A model generated the notes under the pieces. That model did no database searches, was not told where the DNA came from, and saw nothing but the letters and a program-made list of their open reading frames with translations. The position numbers and the translations under genes were made by a program. A stretch of DNA of 64,000 nt from NCBI GenBank assembly GCA_048938385.1, contig JBHLMG010000008.1, forward strand, positions 1 through 64,000. Reading direction: 5' to 3'. The stretch is from Promethearchaeota archaeon. Its GTDB lineage: Archaea > Asgardarchaeota > Hermodarchaeia > Hermodarchaeales > Hermodarchaeaceae. This document shows positions 47,590 to 56,901 of this stretch, one piece after another. How positions within the stretch are numbered: position 1 is the first letter of the stretch; each line of letters starts with the position of its first letter.

Positions 47590-49790
47590 CGGGTTCGAAG
47601 ATAAGCATCAAGAACTCCCTGATCCCGTTTTTCGATGAAATGCTCTACTAGTCGTTCATAATGCCAGCCCAAGGACGAGAGAAGCGTATCGGTGGCACGG
47701 AGGAGGAGTTCTGTGTACTTGTCTTTGTCGTACTGGGCTGCTGCCGAGGTATGTGGTAGAGCGACGCGCCGGTGAGGGTGTCCGGCTTTGGCGTTGGTGT
47801 GTACATACATCACCGGTTGACCGGGATGTACTTCTTGGCCATAACGAATGGCGAGTTCAGCGGCAATAGCCTGGCTACATTGTTGTTGATAGTCAGTGGG
47901 GGATCGGCTGATGTTCTGAGTAATAACGAGGTCTTCAACTGCGACGACTCCGCTACGCACGCGGTTCACATAGTCGGTGACGATGTCAAGCAGCAGGGGC
48001 AGCAGTTCCTGCATTTCTTCGAGGTCATCTGCTCCTGCCAGGCATGTGATGAGGTCAAGTTGGAGTTGCTTAATCAGTGGTGGCGTGTCACGGCGACGAA
48101 GTTCAATACCACGGACCTTGATGGTCCCGTCTTCTTTCACGCCACAGTACCGCGTGAGGGCTCCGTAGGGCTGCCCTCGGCAGGGAAGGAACATGATCCA
48201 GCGGTATCGTCCTTCGAACTCTATGTTGAGCCCTGTTGCCTCGCTTATGGCTTCGCCGACTTTGATGTAATCCTCCACGGAGGCGCCGGATTTTTGCAGC
48301 CAGACACAATCCACGATACCGTGGAGAACTTGGAAGCCCCGTCGCTCGCAGATAGTCTTCGTATCTAAGAGGACGCGACGACTAAAGGCGGTTACGCATT
48401 CGTAGGCCTCGACTCGACCAAACCGGGAGGCGCGAAATCCGAGGTAGCCAAATGACACAACTAACAACCATTTCAAGGCAGATTGTCGGGCTTCGTAAAT
48501 GGGGTCCTCGTGGCGATGCTGTTTGTAGAAAGTGCGTTTCTCAAGGATCGGCTGTAGGAAGGCGGGGACAATACCTGTCGTTCGTCGACATAACCAGTAG
48601 CCTAGTTCCGGCACGATGGTGGCGTCCTCGGGACAACAGTCGCAGAAGAGGGCTTCTGGCGATATGTTGTACTTGACCATCAACGCTGGGTACATGGACA
48701 GAAAGTCTAACTCGCCCACATCGCTGAAGATGCCGACTCGGGGAGTAATCACATGTCCTCCTCGATCAGCGTTGAGTAGTTCAATGCCCGTCTTGTACTG
48801 TTCCGGATCTGCCTTAGTCTCTGGAACCAGAACGCCACGGTACAGGGCTTCTTGCATCTGCAGCATGTTAATACCCGTGCCAGGACTACTCCGGGCCATC
48901 TGCTGCGGAGGAAAGGCGGTGAGCCGGCTCGCTTCGACTAACCCCTCGAAGTTGCCAAAAGTCATGTGCGATCGATCTAAGTGCAATCGGCCCCGCAAAA
49001 TGAAAGGATGCGGTCGATAGAAGACAGGTCCGCCGTATCGGAACACGGCGCGCCCAGCAGGCAAAGTCTTGTCATGGAAGGTGTGAGGGGTTTGGTCGCG
49101 ATTCAGCGAAAACTCTTGCACCATCCCCGCATCTTGGGCGCGTTGGATGAGGGCAGGAAAGACCTGTGCATCTCCGTGTTCGGTGAAGATGATGTCCGGA
49201 TCTTGAGCCGTAACCCAATCTTGGAGCATCGAGGGCTCGGTTGTGTGAAGCGTCTCGCCTTTGGAGCTGGTGGCAGTGAAGAGATCCTCTCCTTCCAGGC
49301 GCAGGTCTACGGTATCAAGGGGGGGCAAAGTATAATCCAGAGCCCAGCGGGAATCGCAAGAGTCGATCTGCGTCACACGGCGCCCCGAGGACTCGGTGTG
49401 AACCTCTACTTGCTCGAAGGGGAAGCGCCGCTGTTCAAGATACCACAGCTGCGTCGCGGAGAGATCGCCGTTGAAGATGCGAAATCGAGGGACGGCGAGG
49501 GCTTTGATTTCGCGAATAACACGAGCGAGCTGAGTGCAGGAGGAAACGGTCACAGCGATGACCGGGCGTGGCGGACCTCGCAGCTGTAGCGGGTGAAACT
49601 CGGGCGTCACGGCGCTTACTAGGGGGTGACTTTCGAACAGCGGCGCATAGTCTTCGAAGCGTACTCCCGGAGCGTGTAAATAGAACCGTGGCTGGTAGGA
49701 TACCTCTAGGGGCACAGTCGCTTTTTCCGTTCGTAGCCATAGGAGTAGGTGGTCGGCTCGAGGGGTGACATCGAGAATCATACCACGCAT
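47586..49790 (-). CDS. polB2: Family B DNA polymerase, PolB2 group
   Basis: Motif A DFLSMYP, motif B RQ.ALKWLLVVSFGYLG, motif C HGIVDC (PolB2-type), KVRGIE.RRRD; exonuclease motifs degenerate. Confidence 0.88.
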   Translation of the reverse strand: MRGMILDVTPRADHLLLWLRTEKATVPLEVSYQPRFYLHAPGVRFEDYAPLFESHPLVSAVTPEFHPLQLRGPPRPVIAVTVSSCTQLARVIREIKALAVPRFRIFNGDLSATQLWYLEQRRFPFEQVEVHTESSGRRVTQIDSCDSRWALDYTLPPLDTVDLRLEGEDLFTATSSKGETLHTTEPSMLQDWVTAQDPDIIFTEHGDAQVFPALIQRAQDAGMVQEFSLNRDQTPHTFHDKTLPAGRAVFRYGGPVFYRPHPFILRGRLHLDRSHMTFGNFEGLVEASRLTAFPPQQMARSSPGTGINMLQMQEALYRGVLVPETKADPEQYKTGIELLNADRGGHVITPRVGIFSDVGELDFLSMYPALMVKYNISPEALFCDCCPEDATIVPELGYWLCRRTTGIVPAFLQPILEKRTFYKQHRHEDPIYEARQSALKWLLVVSFGYLGFRASRFGRVEAYECVTAFSRRVLLDTKTICERRGFQVLHGIVDCVWLQKSGASVEDYIKVGEAISEATGLNIEFEGRYRWIMFLPCRGQPYGALTRYCGVKEDGTIKVRGIELRRRDTPPLIKQLQLDLITCLAGADDLEEMQELLPLLLDIVTDYVNRVRSGVVAVEDLVITQNISRSPTDYQQQCSQAIAAELAIRYGQEVHPGQPVMYVHTNAKAGHPHRRVALPHTSAAAQYDKDKYTELLLRATDTLLSSLGWHYERLVEHFIEKRDQGVLDAYLRTR

Positions 49791-49929
49791 AGGCGGTCAA
49801 GGCTGGTGTTCTTGGGGGGGTATAAAAAGCCGGAATCCTATGTGCAAAAGTGTTGTCAATGGAGGGGTATGATTTGGGGGTTTTTTGTGCTACAAACGGT
49901 GTACCTTGTCGGATAGTAATGTTACTGGG

Positions 49930-51867
49930 CTAGTCACGCATAGTGGAGGCTCCGCATGTAGGGCAGTACTGGGCTTGACTGGGTAGAAGAGCGCCACAGT
50001 AACCACAGAATCGTCCTGTTGGAGTAGTCGTTGGTTGCGTTGGAGTGTAGGTTGGGCCATATGGAGGGGGTGGTGAAGGTATGGATCGGCGCTTTATTGT
50101 AACGGCGATGATAATGGCTATAATCACGGCGAGTAATATTCCCCCGAGTAAAGCTGCAAGAAGCGCGGGACTAAAGGGTAGTGTAGGAAAGGTTGGGCCA
50201 TCTCCGCCGTAGAAGGTGATTTGAAAAACCCCTGCATCGGTGGTGCTTGGGAATGAAAACACCTCGAGATAGTAAGAGCTACCGGCTGATAGCTGAATTT
50301 GAATCTCTTCTGTTGAGTCTGCACTTATGGAATAATCGAGACTGTTGAGGCTTGAGTCGTAGATGTAAAGGTCGAAGTCGGTATCGTACTCAGGCCAGGC
50401 TGGAGCAAGGGTAATCGTGTAGTAGGCACTCGTTGTTGGGGTAAAAGTGAAGTAGACTGAGTCATCTTCGTCGTCAAGATAACCGTAATAAGTGCCGGTC
50501 GGACTGATTGTGCAGGCTGTGCTGTGGTGTTCCCCAAAATCGAGGAAAGCTTCAATGAACTCATCCCAGAGGGATTCACTTGCGAGGAAGAGCGGGTTGC
50601 TTCCATAGTCTGCTGTGTAGATACTTAGTCCCTTAGCTCCAGGCACCGCGGATAGATGACTTTCATTAAACACGCATAGAATCACTGCTGCCCCCAGTTC
50701 ATAGGCGGAAATATGGATGGCAGGGTAGCTGTCATTTGCAAACAAGTTAACTATTCCTAACGCAAAGCCTCCAAGGTCCACAAACTCTGGGGAGGAGAAA
50801 GTTTGCGTTGTGGCTAAAGACTGGCATACGCGATTATAGACATCAGATGACTGCGTTGGACTTTGAATTAAAGCAGCAAGTTCTCCAGCTAGGGTTTTCA
50901 AAGAATCAACAACCGGTTCAACTTGGGATGTATCAACTGCTGATAGGCAAGTGAAGCTAAAGGAAGGATCGTAGTATTGTCCACCAACATCATAGGCGTC
51001 CGTGTAAAAGAAGACTATCTGGGATGCCAATTGTGGTGGTGTCGTACTAGGATTGTTTGTAAGGTCTTGGAGAATGTCATCGTAAGGAAACCCGTTGAGA
51101 GGAATGCCCTCTTCGGAGAACACAAGATAATTGGTTGTATTACGAAGTTCATAAGCAACTTCAATTTGAGCCATAAGGCATGCATCAAAGGCTACAAGAT
51201 CGAGGTGTTGTACGGCGGAGTCATTGAGTGCGTAATAGACATCGCGAACATCCATGGCAGTTCCGCTAGTGTCATCAACACATAATCCAAGAGCACCAGC
51301 CCCATGGTCCCATAGTACGAGTAGGTATTGATCAGCGGGAGCATACGATTGACCAAAGACAACGAAATCACGGAGAGTTTGCCAGTTTCCCATATCAGGT
51401 TCAGAGGGCAATGAGGTTGAGAGCTCAATGGAATTAATGGTGTTTGTATTCATATCTTGTATCACTTCATAGCATTTGGCTCCTGAGTAGGGTGCATCCG
51501 ACCCCGACCAAAAGTCAACATACACAATGATTTTGACATCGGCGGTTGATCCCACGAGTTCCATTTCATTAAGATCGATGAAGGCATACTCTTCGAGATC
51601 ATTATCACCATCTAGGTATACTAGCACTGTCCAATTATCTCCTGGCTGAGGTGGTGGAATATCCATCGGATTCGGTGTAAAAGAATTGATACTGGATGTG
51701 GTTTGAAGTGAAAACTGTTTACTGTCGGTTTCGCCTTCTGAGGAGGGAATGACTGAGTATGGAGTCAATGAACTAATAACAGGTAAGAATAGGATCAACA
51801 ACAGAGTGAAGGTAATTGAAAAATTCCGAGGCATCATGATAAAGGTCTCCCGCTGAAATTGGACCAT
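49930..51867 (-). CDS. Clostripain-related (C11) cysteine peptidase with PPC-like domain, TM anchor and C-terminal zinc ribbon
   Basis: WTVLVYLDGDNDLE, WDHGAG, FDACLM..IEVAYEL; DFDLYIYD; TM; FCGYCG...YCPTCG. Confidence 0.88.
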   Translation of the reverse strand: MVQFQRETFIMMPRNFSITFTLLLILFLPVISSLTPYSVIPSSEGETDSKQFSLQTTSSINSFTPNPMDIPPPQPGDNWTVLVYLDGDNDLEEYAFIDLNEMELVGSTADVKIIVYVDFWSGSDAPYSGAKCYEVIQDMNTNTINSIELSTSLPSEPDMGNWQTLRDFVVFGQSYAPADQYLLVLWDHGAGALGLCVDDTSGTAMDVRDVYYALNDSAVQHLDLVAFDACLMAQIEVAYELRNTTNYLVFSEEGIPLNGFPYDDILQDLTNNPSTTPPQLASQIVFFYTDAYDVGGQYYDPSFSFTCLSAVDTSQVEPVVDSLKTLAGELAALIQSPTQSSDVYNRVCQSLATTQTFSSPEFVDLGGFALGIVNLFANDSYPAIHISAYELGAAVILCVFNESHLSAVPGAKGLSIYTADYGSNPLFLASESLWDEFIEAFLDFGEHHSTACTISPTGTYYGYLDDEDDSVYFTFTPTTSAYYTITLAPAWPEYDTDFDLYIYDSSLNSLDYSISADSTEEIQIQLSAGSSYYLEVFSFPSTTDAGVFQITFYGGDGPTFPTLPFSPALLAALLGGILLAVIIAIIIAVTIKRRSIPSPPPPYGPTYTPTQPTTTPTGRFCGYCGALLPSQAQYCPTCGASTMRD

Positions 51868-51917
51868 TCACATTTCAGTTATTATTTCTCCCTAATAAAT
51901 TCACAGATTCCTGACAA

Positions 51918-53261
51918 CTAATCTTTAACAAATTTTCCTAAACGGGTTCCAAACGCGCGTTCTTTGGGTTTTAATTCTAAGGGTTTTTTAATTAGTTTTT
52001 CTGCGTTTCGAAAGAATATGGCGTATAGTACAACTTGAAGGCCGTAGAAGATAAGAGTCAACCAGAAGGGCAAAAGGTACTGTCCTTGATCAAACAGTTG
52101 TCCGACAAATTGTACGCTGGTTGCGCGACCAAATCCTTGCGCTGACATATTGAGGGCTGCTAAATTCGATCGCCATCGGCGTGGTACTAATTCCATGCGA
52201 AGGGTTTGCCCTACTGGCATTCCTGAGTTCATCAACGCGTTGCGAAGGAGATAACTCGCAATAGCAATATACGGATTCAAAATAGTGGCTAGGACAATGA
52301 TAAAGGGTAATGAAAGTGCCTGTGTAATAACGACTGTCCGTACTTTTCCAATTCGCGTTGAGAGGATTGGTGATAAGAGAACGCCTGTTGCCATGGTTGC
52401 CTGCCCTGTCGCAACGATGAGCCCTACAATGGGTGTGGGTAGATTATAGAACTCCCAGAACCAGACATTAATTAGGGGAACAATGAGCCCTGCACCTAAT
52501 CCGATTAGAGCGCTTATCACGATGAAGCGAAGAACGATGGAGACACGGAACTCGGGTTCAGAATCTAAATTGGCACTCTGGTTGCTGTTTTTATCATGGG
52601 AGGTGTTCAACTTGTTCGCTAGAGAATTTACTTTTAAGAAGAGCAGGGGAAAGATGCCGATGATGTAGGGGATAAACCAGATAGTCAGTGCAATTTGAAA
52701 TGTAAGGGGGCTATCAAAGGGTAACACTAACCAAAGGGCAAATAGTCCAGGTAAAAAACCCCCAAGGGCGCTTCCAATGAAACTGGAGCCAATTCGTGAA
52801 GCCTGAGAAGTACCAAAGAGATGGGTGCGCTCGTATTCAGAGCTACTTTCTGCCATTAGCGGAGAGTAAGAGGAGGTCTGTAAGCTAGATCCGAAGTTAA
52901 ATAGTACTGTCATAAACAGCAGAATTGTTGGCTCGGGGTAAGCAACTTGAACGGCTGCGGTGACTCCGCTGATGAGGCTTGAAAGAATCAATGCGTTCTT
53001 TTCGCCGACTTTCCTTGTATATGGGCCTGCAACTAGAGCGCCTATAGCCATCGTGTAAATACCCAAAGCGAGGATTCCTCCAACGAATGTGGTCGAGTAA
53101 CCTAAGGAGAGTAGAAACAGATTGTAGATGGCTTGTCGGACGCCAAATCCTAATCGCGAAATGGCTTGACTGACAATTACCCACCGTGCGTTTGGCGTAA
53201 ATTGACGCACACGGTGCCAGTACGCTGCTACCTCACCTGTAAGGCTTTGAACCAGATTCAG
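51918..53261 (-). CDS. MFS transporter (probable CTG start)
   Basis: 12 TM; paralogue of 61203-62522; homology extends upstream of GTG 53210 to CTG 53261 after GGAGG. Confidence 0.88.
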   Translation of the reverse strand: MNLVQSLTGEVAAYWHRVRQFTPNARWVIVSQAISRLGFGVRQAIYNLFLLSLGYSTTFVGGILALGIYTMAIGALVAGPYTRKVGEKNALILSSLISGVTAAVQVAYPEPTILLFMTVLFNFGSSLQTSSYSPLMAESSSEYERTHLFGTSQASRIGSSFIGSALGGFLPGLFALWLVLPFDSPLTFQIALTIWFIPYIIGIFPLLFLKVNSLANKLNTSHDKNSNQSANLDSEPEFRVSIVLRFIVISALIGLGAGLIVPLINVWFWEFYNLPTPIVGLIVATGQATMATGVLLSPILSTRIGKVRTVVITQALSLPFIIVLATILNPYIAIASYLLRNALMNSGMPVGQTLRMELVPRRWRSNLAALNMSAQGFGRATSVQFVGQLFDQGQYLLPFWLTLIFYGLQVVLYAIFFRNAEKLIKKPLELKPKERAFGTRLGKFVKD

Positions 53262-53446
53262 TAGGAAACTCCTCCAAATGCGCTAGCTGAACGAACTGTA
53301 ATAAAGTGATGACTACATCGCTCTTAGCCTTCATGGCATGGCTTCTTAGCTTAAAAGTATTGTAAACTATCAACAAAAATCGAAAGAATCAAGAAGAAAG
53401 AGAAGCGACGTCGCAAGTCTTTGGGCCCAAGTGAATGTTATGAGGT

Positions 53447-53638
53447 TCACTTCTTCTCTTTTTCAATTTCCGCGATGCGTTCATCGATGTGCTTGAGGTA
53501 ATCCTCGAGCTTCGACTTTAGCGCTTCAAGACTCTTGATTTGGGTCTTTTTGCTTGGTTCGTACATCGGATAGCACACTCCACGGAAGTAGGGCATAAAC
53601 CCCATATGGGGATGATGATCTCTATCTCCGCACAACAT
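53447..53638 (-). CDS. Small coiled-coil protein (DUF5320-like)
   Basis: His/Gly/Pro-rich N-terminus + L..LK..LE..L..I..RI.E; SD GAGGTGA; follows PadR. Confidence 0.65.
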   Translation of the reverse strand: MLCGDRDHHPHMGFMPYFRGVCYPMYEPSKKTQIKSLEALKSKLEDYLKHIDERIAEIEKEKK

Positions 53639-53648
53639 GATTTCACCT

Positions 53649-54215
53649 CTATTCAGGTTCATTAGAACTCTTCAAATCCTCTAGGCGTTGTGCGACCCAT
53701 TTGAGCTCGCGTTCCAGATACTCGCGATACCGCTTCAGGTATTCCAGATGTCGTGGACCACAATGTCCTGGTTGACAATGACGCCGTAAGGCAACAAAAC
53801 CAAAGGGTGTGGGTTCTCTGGTTGACCATTCTAGTAGAGCGTCTTGAGCTTCGCCCTTAAGGCTGGTTCCTAAAAATCGCCAAAAATGGTCTTGCACTTG
53901 GAACTCGTCACCGAGGCTATGGAGCCCTTCTCGGAGTATCTTTTTGCCTTTCGGAGTTAGTTTGTATTCAATGGCGTCGGGGCGGTCTTCTTGTTGGACC
54001 TTTTCTTCGGAGATGAATTTTCGATCCCGAAGACTGTGGAGGGCTGGATACACTGTTCCGCTCTTGAGCCTCCATCGACCTAGTCGACCCTCAAGCCCTT
54101 GCATGACTCCATACCCGTGGGTTGGTTGTTGGTTAAGGAGGGTGAGGATAATTAACTGGACGAGGCTGATACTGCCTTCACTGGTTTTGATGCGACCTCT
54201 ACCACCGAATGCCAT
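53649..54215 (-). CDS. PadR family transcriptional regulator
   Basis: LIIL.LL...P.HGY, GTVYPAL..L, Y.LT.KG. Confidence 0.92.
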   Translation of the reverse strand: MAFGGRGRIKTSEGSISLVQLIILTLLNQQPTHGYGVMQGLEGRLGRWRLKSGTVYPALHSLRDRKFISEEKVQQEDRPDAIEYKLTPKGKKILREGLHSLGDEFQVQDHFWRFLGTSLKGEAQDALLEWSTREPTPFGFVALRRHCQPGHCGPRHLEYLKRYREYLERELKWVAQRLEDLKSSNEPE

Positions 54216-54231
54216 TATATAGACACCAACA

Positions 54232-54270
54232 TATGTCGAGTTCTATATACCCTATGTAGAAATCTACTTA
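54232..54270. promoter_or_regulatory. Two imperfect palindromes TATGTAGA-N2-TCTACATA (putative PadR operators)
   Basis: TATGTCGAGTTCTATATA at 54232 and TATGTAGAAATCTACTTA at 54253, 21 bp apart. Confidence 0.65.
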
Positions 54271-54461
54271 TATAAAGGTTACCTCGCGCCCACACAAATA
54301 CCCATAAATACCCTCAACCCTAACAACTCTACTGTAGTTCACCGCGGCTACGGCTACAGACTAAACGAAAAACAGATTTCAACAGCACCAATCGGGAAAT
54401 CGTATCTCAGACAAGATTGTGAATCTAGCCAAGGCGAGCTACATCGAGGTAGAAAACAACA

Positions 54462-56702
54462 ATGCGTCAAATAACCTTCACCTTAACTTGCCTTCTCTTC
54501 GCCTTAATGCTAGTCCAAGTATCGACGCCTTTCATATATTCTTATGCTATGTCGTCGGAGACCCCCCCTGCAGTGGCTCAAACACCGCTTGCGAATCCTG
54601 TGAATCTCAACACGCTAACGATGCTCACCCTCGACTATGATTCGGACAATCGGCAATACAGTCTCATTGTGTCGAGTCCAGGGCAATACAGCTTCAACAT
54701 GAGCTTCATCGTCGACTCTGCAGGACCCTGGCCACATGTAGACTTGAATGTATATCTTCGAGAAAACATGGTTCAGTATATTCCACACCTTCATGGCGAC
54801 CTTGATGGTATGAATGGCTTCCGGTCTTGGAGCTGGCTCTTCCGAAACACCGGGTATAGTGATAGCGAGTACTATGAGTTTGTAGCCATCCAACCTGGTC
54901 GAATCATCATTGATTTCCAAATGAATGCTCGAACATCCACAGACCAAATCTCTGTGAACTTCACTCTTAGTCAACTCTACACCTTTGCATCCGTTCCCTC
55001 GGTGGATTGGGATCAACCCCCTACACTAGATTTCACTAGCGATAATTCCTGGATGGGAACCCGGTTCGTACTTCCCCAGAACAACATGTATAACCTTTCC
55101 ATGTTTGCTGAGCTAGATTATGCAACGACAGCGGGTTGGGGTGGAAATCCCGTTTTTCAGCCGTTTAACAAACTTACACTGCTTACCGCTACCTATGGAG
55201 AGCGTAACACCATCGATACATACAATCCGGTATTTAGTATTCCAATCGGTGCAGGTTCTGGCTCCGTTAACTGGACCTCTTGGGATCTTTTCTCGCTTAC
55301 AACTGACACTTACTATCTCTTTGGGTACATCGATGATTTCGAGTTTCTAAACGGAAGTCAGGTAACAATTCAACTTGACATTACACCAGTTGCAGGTTCA
55401 ACCATTGCACCTGATGAATCCGTACGACTACGCTTCGATAACACCCCTGGCGGAAACAGTGCTTATGTTGGACTTACAGCACCGATTGGCTCTGATTACG
55501 ACATATTTTTTGATTCCCATGCTGGAGCTAACTGGACCGTACAAGCCTTTGATCCCTGGGGCGGTTGGGTTCCGATCATGTATACTTACTATGAGGATCC
55601 AACATCATACACCATTTCCGAAGACCGCTTTGAACAGGCCTTTTCCTTCATTCAACCTGGAATGATGATTTCGCCCACACCAACCTCTGGTGTTCTGGGA
55701 GATGCGTACATAGAACTTTATAATTTAGGTGGCTCAGATATCACCTATATCAATGATTCAGCGCAAGCGTTCTCTATGCACCCTGGGTTACTAAGCCCCT
55801 TCGACACTTACTTCATTCGAATTGATGCTTCCACTGCAGGCACTCCAACAACGACTTTCAATATCACGCTTCATCTCCAAGCCTCTACTATCCCCACTAT
55901 TGTTCCTGCGGTTCCTGAAGTGTTCGCAGTAAATCAAACTATCGGACCACTTTATCAGCGCTTCCAGCTTCCCATAATTAGTGGTTACATCTACGAAATC
56001 TCAGCCTGGGCTTCCGAGTATACCGCCTCGGGCGGTGTGAGCCTCTTCACTCTTCCTGGCCCAGCTGGGTACGCGGACTGGCAATGGGGCAACTACTTTA
56101 TCCCCCTGTATCATCATACGCCCACCTCTAGCTCACCTTATGATGTATCGGCGATAAATGAGACCGCCACAATGCGGTTTGTTGCTGTTCGCTCAACGAA
56201 TCTGTACTTCGGAGCACTTGGCGATGATATGTCAGGACCTCCTTCGGACACGACAGAGGTAACCGTCGAAGTAACCATCACCGCCCCTCTTCCCTACACC
56301 CTTGGTACAGTCGAAACGGCGACTATCAGTGATATGGACTTCAAGACCTATAGCTTCAGCATCATGGCAGGGGCATCGTATCAGGTGAGCCTCTCCTTAG
56401 ATTCTGCGGGGAATTACGGTCTCTTGTCTGTCTTCAACAGCTTCGGTCATGTACCCTTCCATGTCACTCTATCTGATCTTTGGTGCGAAGTCTCCAGTGG
56501 TTATCTGAACATGACGCGCACCCTATCAGCTCTAGTTTCAGGTGTTGTGACAATCGTGTTGGTTGCTCAGGGCACCGTTCACTTCGCGTTCAATGCGGTT
56601 GGAGAAGCACCTGGGTCTTTTGCTCTCGGCTTAATCATCGGTTTGATTTTCATGATCATGGCGATTATCATCGTCTATATCGTCATGCGACGCCGTTATT
56701 AG
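54462..56702 (+). CDS. Large secreted, C-terminally anchored beta-rich surface (glyco)protein
   Basis: Signal peptide; Ser/Thr/aromatic-rich, very Lys-poor; many NxS/T sequons; C-terminal TM + RRR. Confidence 0.8.
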   Translation: MRQITFTLTCLLFALMLVQVSTPFIYSYAMSSETPPAVAQTPLANPVNLNTLTMLTLDYDSDNRQYSLIVSSPGQYSFNMSFIVDSAGPWPHVDLNVYLRENMVQYIPHLHGDLDGMNGFRSWSWLFRNTGYSDSEYYEFVAIQPGRIIIDFQMNARTSTDQISVNFTLSQLYTFASVPSVDWDQPPTLDFTSDNSWMGTRFVLPQNNMYNLSMFAELDYATTAGWGGNPVFQPFNKLTLLTATYGERNTIDTYNPVFSIPIGAGSGSVNWTSWDLFSLTTDTYYLFGYIDDFEFLNGSQVTIQLDITPVAGSTIAPDESVRLRFDNTPGGNSAYVGLTAPIGSDYDIFFDSHAGANWTVQAFDPWGGWVPIMYTYYEDPTSYTISEDRFEQAFSFIQPGMMISPTPTSGVLGDAYIELYNLGGSDITYINDSAQAFSMHPGLLSPFDTYFIRIDASTAGTPTTTFNITLHLQASTIPTIVPAVPEVFAVNQTIGPLYQRFQLPIISGYIYEISAWASEYTASGGVSLFTLPGPAGYADWQWGNYFIPLYHHTPTSSSPYDVSAINETATMRFVAVRSTNLYFGALGDDMSGPPSDTTEVTVEVTITAPLPYTLGTVETATISDMDFKTYSFSIMAGASYQVSLSLDSAGNYGLLSVFNSFGHVPFHVTLSDLWCEVSSGYLNMTRTLSALVSGVVTIVLVAQGTVHFAFNAVGEAPGSFALGLIIGLIFMIMAIIIVYIVMRRRY

Positions 56703-56712
56703 CATCTGTAAC

Positions 56713-56765
56713 CACCGGACCTAGAGTCCTATGGGAGCCTAGCGTCCGGTGCGCCCCTCTTTTTT
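56713..56765 (+). terminator. GC-rich hairpin plus T-tract
   Basis: CACCGGAC-CTAG...CTAG-CGTCCGGTG then CTCTTTTTT. Confidence 0.65.
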
Positions 56766-56901
56766 CAGTACTATTGCCTTGAATGTTCCTCAGATAAGGG
56801 GGTACGGAATTTTATCACATCTTGCTCATTTCAGGTAATCAGTTTAGCTTACCTTTTAGCTAGTTCCTACTTGCTACTAGAAAATGTGTCCCGGATCTGA
56901 G

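Noticed and set aside
47586-49790. Casposon or virus-type protein-primed PolB
   Set aside because: Motifs are PolB2-type, with no Cas1, terminal inverted repeats or viral genes nearby
47772-49800. Several long antisense or alternate-frame ORFs over polB2 (and similar ones such as 6019-6555 and 23143-23667)
   Set aside because: Shadow ORFs of real genes, favoured by higher GC; no motifs
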